DNA of 42,540 nucleotides from a virus (Duplodnaviria; Heunggongvirae; Uroviricota; Caudoviricetes). The notes under the pieces were generated by a model. That model was not told the DNA's origin, did no database searches, and saw only the letters and a list, made by a program, of their open reading frames with translations. Positions 35,702 through 42,540 of this stretch are shown in pieces. The translations under genes and the position numbers were made by a program. The stretch lies in the IMG/VR virus record IMGVR_UViG_2541047682_000006; one strand, written 5' to 3'. Every line of letters begins with the position of its first letter. The first letter of the stretch is position 1.

Positions 35702-35924
35702 GCCGCATATTATCGTTTTGGGTAAGAACGACGGTGCTTACGCACCGTCTCCCAACGCCCAAAGCGGTAGCGGTTGTACTGGCGTACATTCACCAGCTTT
35801 AACATGAGGCAATCTCCATGCCAGCACTATTGTTGCCAATAGCAGCCTTTATACCCTTTGTACAAAGCTAATACCAAGAGTAATGCAAAGTAGATGTCCC
35901 AAGCGGTAACGGGGCTATTCTATG

Positions 35925-38216
35925 TCAAACACAGAAAAAATCAAAGCGCCCTATGAATCCCCCCCAACCATCAGCGACCGGATACGTGAATTTTTTCCCG
36001 TCATAATTTACGGTCGCTCCACGCGCCAGCGCCTCAAGCTCCCATCGCTGCGGCATGATACCGTTCTGAGCAAGGTCAACGCGGATACGGGTGATTTGCA
36101 ATCGTTCAGACCTGGTCAGTCTGGCAGATGGTGCAATTTCATGCGGTTTTAACGGGCTTCCGTTTCTTTGCTGACGGTTTGGCGTTCTCAGGTCGTATTT
36201 TAATGCGCCCCTGAGCGCCCTCACGACCTCCGGTTCATTCCATTCAATAACACCGTCATCAACCAGATTAAGCACTGCTGCGGCGTGCTCAGAAGGTGTG
36301 GGAGCCGGTAACGAAGTATCACCACCGGTGAGCTTTCCACAGTTATTGACAGGACTCCGAGGCGCGGCGATGCCGCTTTTTAAAGTCAAAGGCTCAACGA
36401 CCGGAACTTTCGGCACAATGCGCCAGTCCGTCGTTCTGGTGATATGAATATGACGCGCGCCGAGATGCGGCGCGTAAATGCCGACCACTCTCTCGACTTC
36501 TTCCTCGTACTCGTTAACGTCATCCGACGGGCTACGGGCAACCCTGACAGTCTGACAATCGCGCGGGACATTTGCCCCACCCTGCGCGCTGATATACAAC
36601 GCAAAATCACCACTGTCTGCGGCAGCGCGAGCAGCCTCGACGCGTTCGTCAAACTCATCAGCAATACTGACGCCGCGAGGCAATTTGCGTAGTTCACGGT
36701 AAGCCCCCATTGTCGGCAGGCCAACCGTTTTAAATTGCGGAATTCGCCACGTTGACGCCCATGCGGTAACAGCCGCAGCAGTATCTTTCAGCGGCCTGCC
36801 GGTATCATTATCGAGCTGACCATCCAGTGCATAGCCATCGATGTTTTTTGAGATGTATTTTGCGATATACCCCGCAGCACCGCCCCGGTTAAGATGTTTT
36901 GCCTGAAAACGGTTTCGCGCGGCTCCTCTTTCGTCGCCATCCTCTTTGAGCGCATAGCGACGCATGATTTCGATAATCTGGTTACGCTGGCGTGGATTAC
37001 AAAAAAGCATCATATGCCAGTGCGGCGTTCCGTCGTGGTGTGGCTCGACGACACGCAAACCGTAGACCTGTAAATCATTATCCTTGAATGCCGTGCGCAT
37101 CAGGCTCCAGATATGGCAGAGATAACGCTGCGCATCCTTTGGATTAAATGCCTCATCGTTCCAGCCGTGATTTAGCTGGACGGTTTTACTTTCGCCTTTT
37201 CCGACCTGACGTGTCGGGTGATACTTTGACGGCGCGGTAAGCGTGATAAACATCCCCACATCACCCTCTGCGGCGGCGTAACGCTCAATACCGGCAATGG
37301 TGTTCATCAGCTCCATCCGGCGAATTTCAGGATTAGAAATACTGCCCATCACCTTACTGATAAGGTCGATGCGTTCGCCGGTTTCCCTGTTTTCAAGGTC
37401 ACACGATTTAAGAAATTCCAGATTTGCCTGGCGGCGTGCACGCACATCACGAATGGCATGTTTACTGGCATAAGGTGAACGGTCTTTATTGACCTCCCCG
37501 ACAGCAATCAGTAACGCCTCATGCCAGCGCATACGCTGGCCTTTAAGCTGACTAATCCACCACTCATCGTTAAACAGGCGGGCAATGGCAGAATATGCCT
37601 GCCTCGTGGTCATCTGTCCTTTACGGTATTTTTTCCAGTAGAGCGGGGAAATATTGAAAGCACGTGCAGCGCCAGCAACATGACCATAGAGGTGAGCCTG
37701 CGCCTCATCCGTAAACAGCGATTCTTTTTCGCCATGCGCATCCACCCAGGCATCGCAGAGTTCCTCATACATCATGAAAAGCTGCGATGAGATACGGGCG
37801 GCAAACTTTTTCAGCTCCTTATCATTCATCCCCGGCAGACGCGCATAATGGTCACGCTCTGCCAGAAACAGCAACGACGCGTCGGTGTTCATTTCATGGC
37901 GCTGATTCACACGCTCAATGCGCGGCCATAAACGACGCTGAAAAGTGGATGTGAGGAAATAAAACCCGTGCACCGGGCTTTTATTGCGCCGGATGTAGTC
38001 ATAGCGTGAAGTAAACAGCGAGCGCAAAAAGTAAGGCAGGCGGTTAATCGTGGATAAAACACCTTGCACCTGACGCATCTCGTCACGTGTAAGGGGTCTT
38101 TCGCGCCCGACGGCCTCGCGTGGCGCGTTCCATGCATAAGCACCGGTAAACGTCTTACCGGTGCCTGCGGTAAATGCTGACGGAGGGACAAAACGCCCGG
38201 AGGCTTTAACGGCCAT
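35925..38216 (-). CDS. A: Replication initiation endonuclease (P2 gpA-like, rolling-circle)
   Basis: Track ORF 35925..38258 begins at a TTG; the ATG at 38214-38216 (MAVKASGRFVPPSAF...) gives ~763 aa, close to P2 gpA; contains an H-x-H motif (HWHMMLF) typical of rolling-circle initiators. Confidence 0.8.
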   Translation of the reverse strand: MAVKASGRFVPPSAFTAGTGKTFTGAYAWNAPREAVGRERPLTRDEMRQVQGVLSTINRLPYFLRSLFTSRYDYIRRNKSPVHGFYFLTSTFQRRLWPRIERVNQRHEMNTDASLLFLAERDHYARLPGMNDKELKKFAARISSQLFMMYEELCDAWVDAHGEKESLFTDEAQAHLYGHVAGAARAFNISPLYWKKYRKGQMTTRQAYSAIARLFNDEWWISQLKGQRMRWHEALLIAVGEVNKDRSPYASKHAIRDVRARRQANLEFLKSCDLENRETGERIDLISKVMGSISNPEIRRMELMNTIAGIERYAAAEGDVGMFITLTAPSKYHPTRQVGKGESKTVQLNHGWNDEAFNPKDAQRYLCHIWSLMRTAFKDNDLQVYGLRVVEPHHDGTPHWHMMLFCNPRQRNQIIEIMRRYALKEDGDERGAARNRFQAKHLNRGGAAGYIAKYISKNIDGYALDGQLDNDTGRPLKDTAAAVTAWASTWRIPQFKTVGLPTMGAYRELRKLPRGVSIADEFDERVEAARAAADSGDFALYISAQGGANVPRDCQTVRVARSPSDDVNEYEEEVERVVGIYAPHLGARHIHITRTTDWRIVPKVPVVEPLTLKSGIAAPRSPVNNCGKLTGGDTSLPAPTPSEHAAAVLNLVDDGVIEWNEPEVVRALRGALKYDLRTPNRQQRNGSPLKPHEIAPSARLTRSERLQITRIRVDLAQNGIMPQRWELEALARGATVNYDGKKFTYPVADGWGGFIGRFDFFCV

Positions 38217-38481
38217 ATGAGCCAAAAGCCTCTGAACAACGCTTGCTGAGTTGCTCAACCTGCGCGTTTAAATCAGCAAAAGACTTTGCGCTTCCGGTCA
38301 GAATATCGTGATGCATCAGGCCGGAAACGAGCTGGCTTAATTTCGGGTAATAACCAACCACCGCCAGCCATTCCTGACCGGCGTTTTTACCGCTTTCCGC
38401 TCTCTTTTTCTCGTGGAGAATAAACTGAAAGCTGTCACTGGTAACGACATAACGTTCGCCAATTTCAATACGAATACTCAT
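38206..38481 (-). CDS. Phage hypothetical protein (P2 early-region small orf)
   Basis: 91-aa ORF with ATG start, immediately upstream of A. Confidence 0.55.
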   Translation of the reverse strand: MSIRIEIGERYVVTSDSFQFILHEKKRAESGKNAGQEWLAVVGYYPKLSQLVSGLMHHDILTGSAKSFADLNAQVEQLSKRCSEAFGSYGR

Positions 38482-38702
38482 GCCGTTCTCCGGTAATGTT
38501 TGTTTTTTGCTTCAAAGACTGACTGACAGGAAACACAACGCGTGGCTGACGGATAAGCCGCACGACGGGCAGCAGGTATTGGCGCGTCACACTCTTCGCA
38601 AACCAGCGCAGAAGCACCGCAATGTTTTACCCTTGCCGCGTTAATCTGGCGCTCCAGTAATTCAGCCTGTTGTTCCTGAATAAAATCTACGTTGTCCGGC
38701 AT
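38478..38702 (-). CDS. TraR/DksA-family C4 zinc-finger protein (phage early region)
   Basis: 74-aa ORF with CGASALVCEECDAPIP...RCVSCQ (C-x2-C ... C-x2-C). Confidence 0.6.
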   Translation of the reverse strand: MPDNVDFIQEQQAELLERQINAARVKHCGASALVCEECDAPIPAARRAAYPSATRCVSCQSVFEAKNKHYRRTA

Positions 38703-38704
38703 TA

Positions 38705-39004
38705 TCAGCTCCTTTTATCGTTAAGTTTCCTGGATACATCAGCGCAATAACTGGCAAGTTCTGTCGTTAATTTTGTCAGTTCATCCACTGAGGAAATTTG
38801 CTTGTGGAATACAGCGCGTTTAACAAGTAAATTGACCACATCAGACAGGAGGTTTAATTCATTCTGATAAATCGCGATAACAGATTCAGTGATGTCGCGT
38901 TTTTCTTTATCAAGACAAAGTTGAATAAGAGACAAATCGCCATTTTTCATAACGGCGATTTTTAAGGCGTTATTCAGTAATACAACTGAATGAGAACAGG
39001 ACAT
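38705..39004 (-). CDS. Phage hypothetical protein
   Basis: ~99 aa from the ATG at 39002-39004 (track start at 39007 is a TTG). Confidence 0.5.
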   Translation of the reverse strand: MSCSHSVVLLNNALKIAVMKNGDLSLIQLCLDKEKRDITESVIAIYQNELNLLSDVVNLLVKRAVFHKQISSVDELTKLTTELASYCADVSRKLNDKRS

Positions 39005-39228
39005 CAAAGTACCTCCCCGCGAGACAATCCGATATTGTGAAATTTTTCCGACTCCTGACTGAGCAGCTCGACTATCTCCACGCGGGATAACTCCGCCTTT
39101 GTGATATGGCGAATCATGGCGTCAAGATGAGAAGAAAAGCGCGTCGCAGCGTCGGCCTGTGCTTCGGTTCTGGCCTGTTGCAGCAGTAATGCGTATTTAC
39201 CGCACTGATTTTCAGAAACTGTATGCAT
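39004..39228 (-). CDS. Phage hypothetical protein
   Basis: 74-aa ORF with ATG start, downstream of B. Confidence 0.5.
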   Translation of the reverse strand: MHTVSENQCGKYALLLQQARTEAQADAATRFSSHLDAMIRHITKAELSRVEIVELLSQESEKFHNIGLSRGEVL

Positions 39229-39291
39229 GACTTTCTCCGGGCAAAAAGAAGCCCCGCACGATTAAGCGCGTTAAAAACTCTGGTTAATTAC

Positions 39292-39798
39292 TTAATGCAG
39301 ATATTGCTCTGGTTTTACCGACGTCAGAATTGTCGGTGCATACTCAAACAGACTGAATAATTCACGTAATGCACGGAATAAAGCATCACGCCAGTAACAT
39401 GATTCCTCATTAATTCGCCAGTATGGCTGGTTAAATTCTTTTTCTGTCAGTCGTGCGTGCATAAATAAAGTGCGACGCTGACTGACTGTTAAAAAACTAA
39501 TATATGCATACTCACTTGCGCCAACCTGACGGCGTTTTGAGAATGCCCCACGCAACTCATCAATTGCACATACCAGTCGTTCACGTTCGACGTCGTTCAT
39601 TTCTTCAAAACGCATCGTTGCGTGACGCTGTTTTAACTGCGCATGAAAGCAAACCGTTAGCCGTTCGCGCTCCATCATCTGATTATAATAATCACATGTA
39701 TCCTGCCAGCGAGGAACGGCAAGATGCTTACCAATTATCCGGCGCATAGCTGCTGGCTGTTTTTCAACGAGATTGAGCGTCATCACTGTCATTTCCAT
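39292..39798 (-). CDS. B: Replication protein B (P2 gpB-like helicase loader)
   Basis: 168-aa ORF in the cox-B-A order. Confidence 0.8.
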   Translation of the reverse strand: MEMTVMTLNLVEKQPAAMRRIIGKHLAVPRWQDTCDYYNQMMERERLTVCFHAQLKQRHATMRFEEMNDVERERLVCAIDELRGAFSKRRQVGASEYAYISFLTVSQRRTLFMHARLTEKEFNQPYWRINEESCYWRDALFRALRELFSLFEYAPTILTSVKPEQYLH

Positions 39799-39983
39799 AC
39801 CCTCCGGCTTTTCAGAAAGGTCAGAGCCTTTTTTAACGGACTCTGTTTTTTGGTGCGGATAATGATTCCCTTACGCCCCTTACCGTGGGTGATGGTGAAG
39901 TCAATCGCCCTGGGGCTTTCGTTACGCAATAACTGAGCAATACAACGAGGCTCGTTCATACGGTTCTCCTTAACGTGGTTCAC
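39789..39983 (-). CDS. Small phage protein between cox and B (P2 orf78-like)
   Basis: 64-aa track ORF beginning at a non-ATG codon; an internal Met (MNEPRCIA...) is an alternative start. Confidence 0.4.
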   Translation of the reverse strand: MNHVKENRMNEPRCIAQLLRNESPRAIDFTITHGKGRKGIIIRTKKQSPLKKALTFLKSRRVWK

Positions 39984-40245
39984 CGAGACCTAACCACATC
40001 AACCAGCCGTCACGAATCTCTTTAGGGCGGCTTTCATAAGCCAGTTTTAGTCCGTTATTCCATGCCGGAAGGTATACCCAATATTCACCTGCACGACCTG
40101 AAGCTGATTGTGGATCGGTCATATCAATTACAGGCAGCTTTCCTTTATCGATCATCCGACGAACCGCTCCTGTCGATTTTCCTATTAGTTTTGCGAACTC
40201 CTGATAAGGAATCGCATCAGTCATGAGTGTTACTTGCTTGCTCAT
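39970..40245 (-). CDS. cox: Cox: excisionase / early-promoter regulator (P2 Cox-like)
   Basis: 91-aa ORF divergent from the C repressor gene. Confidence 0.85.
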   Translation of the reverse strand: MSKQVTLMTDAIPYQEFAKLIGKSTGAVRRMIDKGKLPVIDMTDPQSASGRAGEYWVYLPAWNNGLKLAYESRPKEIRDGWLMWLGLGEPR

Positions 40246-40359
40246 GTCGTCCCCCAGCCCTCATGAATTGCGTTTAATGCCTTATAATGCCTTTTAGTGC
40301 CCACATCCAAGCACTAAACAATCTACATCTAAACTAAATACTATTGAGATCTAAACACC
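40246..40359. promoter_or_regulatory. Immunity switch region (C / cox promoters and operators)
   Basis: 114-bp divergent intergenic region. Two ATCTAAAC direct repeats at 40327-40334 and 40349-40356, 22 bp centre to centre; tandem TAATGCCTT repeats at 40275-40283 and 40285-40293. Confidence 0.5.
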
Positions 40360-40659
40360 ATGTCAAACACGATAAGCGAGAAGATAGTCTTAATGCGAAA
40401 ATCAGAGTATTTGAGCAGACAACAACTTGCTGATTTAACAGGGGTTCCGTATGGCACGCTGAGTTACTATGAAAGTGGTCGTTCAACACCTCCAACAGAT
40501 GTCATGATGAACATCCTGCAGACCCCACAATTCACCAAATACACTTTATGGTTCATGACCAATCAGGTCGCTCCTGAGTCCGGGCAAATTGCGCCCGCTC
40601 TCGCACACTTTGGGCAAAACGAAACAACGTCGCCCCACTCCGGTCAAAAGACTGGTTAA
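40360..40659 (+). CDS. C: C immunity repressor (P2 C-like)
   Basis: 99-aa ORF with an N-terminal HTH-like segment (LSRQQLADLTGVPYGTLSYYESG), upstream of int. Confidence 0.85.
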   Translation: MSNTISEKIVLMRKSEYLSRQQLADLTGVPYGTLSYYESGRSTPPTDVMMNILQTPQFTKYTLWFMTNQVAPESGQIAPALAHFGQNETTSPHSGQKTG

Positions 40660-40774
40660 CAATTTATCGTGAATATATTCATCACAAGTGCCTACTATTG
40701 GTGGCTAAATTTCAGCCACCACGAAAAAAGCGATTAGTAGTAGCAAAAAAAAGTACCACTCGGAGGGTTTTCTG

Positions 40775-41788
40775 ATGGCAATCAAAAAACTCGATGATGG
40801 TCGATATGAAGTGGACATCCGCCCTACTGGACGTAACGGAAAACGCATCCGTAGGAAGTTTGATAAGAAAAGCGAAGCTGTCGCTTTCGAAAAATACACG
40901 TTGTACAACCACCACAATAAAGAATGGCTATCAAAACCAACAGACAAACGACGTCTGTCGGAACTGACACAGATCTGGTGGGATTTAAAGGGTAAACACG
41001 AAGAGCATGGGAAATCTAATCTTGGAAAAATTGAAATCTTCACAAAAATAACGAATGACCCATGCGCATTTCAAATCACGAAATCCCTTATCAGCCAGTA
41101 CTGCGCCACCCGAAGAAGCCAGGGTATTAAACCTTCGAGTATCAATCGTGATTTAACATGTATTAGCGGCATGTTTACAGCCCTGATTGAAGCGGAGTTA
41201 TTCTTTGGTGAGCACCCTATCAGAGGGACAAAGAGGCTTAAGGAGGAAAAACCAGAAACAGGCTATCTCACACAGGAAGAAATTGCCTTACTGCTTGCAG
41301 CACTTGACGGCGACAATAAAAAGATTGCGATTCTTTGCCTGAGTACAGGAGCACGTTGGGGAGAAGCAGCTCGTTTGAAAGCAGAAAATATCATCCATAA
41401 CCGCGTCACGTTTGTTAAAACGAAAACAAACAAACCACGCACCGTCCCGATTTCAGAGGCTGTTGCCAAAATGATCGCGGATAACAAACGAGGTTTTTTA
41501 TTCCCTGATGCTGATTACCCTCGCTTCAGACGAACAATGAAAGCAATAAAACCGGATTTGCCAATGGGGCAAGCCACACATGCACTAAGGCACAGCTTTG
41601 CCACTCATTTCATGATTAATGGAGGAAGTATTATCACGCTACAACGGATACTAGGTCACACGCGGATTGAGCAAACTATGGTTTACGCTCATTTTGCGCC
41701 AGAGTACCTTCAGGACGCCATTTCTCTTAATCCGCTAAGAGGTGGTACTGAGGCCGAGAGTGTCCACACAGTGTCCACAGTAGAGTAA
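40775..41788 (+). CDS. int: Tyrosine integrase (P2 Int-like)
   Basis: 337-aa ORF with GGAGG Shine-Dalgarno; catalytic motifs R...HALRHSFAT...LGH...Y; adjacent to attR. Confidence 0.9.
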   Translation: MAIKKLDDGRYEVDIRPTGRNGKRIRRKFDKKSEAVAFEKYTLYNHHNKEWLSKPTDKRRLSELTQIWWDLKGKHEEHGKSNLGKIEIFTKITNDPCAFQITKSLISQYCATRRSQGIKPSSINRDLTCISGMFTALIEAELFFGEHPIRGTKRLKEEKPETGYLTQEEIALLLAALDGDNKKIAILCLSTGARWGEAARLKAENIIHNRVTFVKTKTNKPRTVPISEAVAKMIADNKRGFLFPDADYPRFRRTMKAIKPDLPMGQATHALRHSFATHFMINGGSIITLQRILGHTRIEQTMVYAHFAPEYLQDAISLNPLRGGTEAESVHTVSTVE

Positions 41789-41868
41789 CGTTTAAGGGCT
41801 TTCAGTGGTAATTTATGCCGCTCAAACCCGCATTGTACCGTTGAAAGCCCCTACTGGTGACACCCTAA

Positions 41869-41895
41869 ATCTCCCTTACACGGGCTTATTTTTTA
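41869..41895. repeat. Prophage attR: 27-bp core copy (AATCTCCCTTACacgGGCTTATTTTTTA)
   Basis: Direct repeat of 6045-6071, ~80 bp downstream of the int stop. Confidence 0.7.
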
Positions 41896-42222
41896 TGCAT
41901 AAGCCCTATCCCTGGTCACCGTCTTCCATTGACCACATCGATAGAATCCTCCTTCATAGCACGATGCTTTTCACTTATCGACATCGTGCTCGCACAGGTT
42001 CCGGTTACGCACAGCCAGAACGCGCATGTTTGACGCTTACCAAAAAATGAACCTAAAGCATTGGAACATTTTTGACATCATTTTCTGATGGCTGCATAAA
42101 ATAAAAATTCTGCTTTAGTTTCATCTATCTGTTTGTCATTATTACTCACATTCAATAATGGTGTTGAAGAATATCCCATCACAGATAAAATAAATATGTG
42201 CATGGTAGTCTTGAATCTATTC

Positions 42223-42540
42223 TCACTCTCCACATTTGAATGTCAGACGAGCGACGCCATGTAATCCTGCACCTTCTGTCTTCAGGTCAACTATCTGCAT
42301 TTTTTTGCCCTGAGTAACACAGAAATGAACTGCATCATTTTTTACTATATTTTCTGCACCAGATATTCTACCCCTGGCTAAAGAAGCTTCGGCTTCGGTG
42401 TAGTATTGGTTATCGAGTTTACGCTGAATATTACTTTTATATGCAAGACCAAATTTACCGATACTTGTCTCATCATTATGTACAGCACACCCAGACATAA
42501 GAAAAACACTAATTAATGATATAGCAGCTATCTTTTTCAT
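42223..42540 (-). CDS. yegR: Small lipoprotein YegR-like (105 aa)
   Basis: ORF with signal peptide plus lipobox (LMSGC); sequence and position match my recollection of E. coli YegR beside the ogrK locus. Confidence 0.7.
   Translation of the reverse strand: MKKIAAISLISVFLMSGCAVHNDETSIGKFGLAYKSNIQRKLDNQYYTEAEASLARGRISGAENIVKNDAVHFCVTQGKKMQIVDLKTEGAGLHGVARLTFKCGE

Noticed and set aside
35702-35924. Hairpin GACGGTGC-ttac-GCACCGTC (35730-35749) downstream of the ATPase gene
   Set aside because: No T-tract on either strand, so not a clear intrinsic terminator; function unknown and not strong enough to annotate.
41805-42050. 81-aa plus-strand ORF spanning attR
   Set aside because: It crosses the attachment core and the chromosomal flank, has no ribosome-binding site and no recognisable features; most likely noncoding.
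1-42540. CRISPR arrays, tRNA or rRNA genes
   Set aside because: No regularly spaced short direct repeats and no tRNA- or rRNA-like sequence were seen; the integration target is the sRNA gene cyaR, not a tRNA.

Overview
This window reads as an Escherichia-type chromosomal segment carrying a ~35.8 kb P2-like prophage, integrated through a 27-bp core (6045-6071 and 41869-41895) in the 3' end of the sRNA gene cyaR, between yegQ and yegR. All calls are from reading the sequence and ORF track; protein and motif identifications are recalled from memory, with no database search. The prophage backbone is complete and syntenic with P2 (ogr-D-U-T-E/E'-FII-FI ... G-H-I-J-W-V-S-R-lysis-X-L-M-N-O / P-Q-cos ... 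A-B-cox-C-int), but the capsid scaffold gene O is split by an IS21-family element with an 8-bp target duplication, so it is probably defective for particle production. Three visibly AT-rich, foreign-looking islands are the candidates for an undescribed system. (1) At the P2 Z/fun position between FI and G (about 12.9-15.46 kb): a small membrane protein, a FimB/FimE-like tyrosine recombinase and a 280-aa unknown protein, bracketed by three copies of a 12-bp repeat in direct and inverted orientation. This is my top candidate for a recombinase-controlled or mobile cargo module. (2) At the P2 old/tin position between cos and gene A: a single 738-aa ABC ATPase with a CxxC motif in a coiled-coil insert and a C-terminal R-x3-E...H arrangement, which I read as RloC/PrrC-like (putative anticodon nuclease). 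(3) Upstream of yegQ (1-4050): a translationally coupled three-gene operon of unknown function where K-12 carries yegP. No CRISPR array, rRNA or tRNA was seen.
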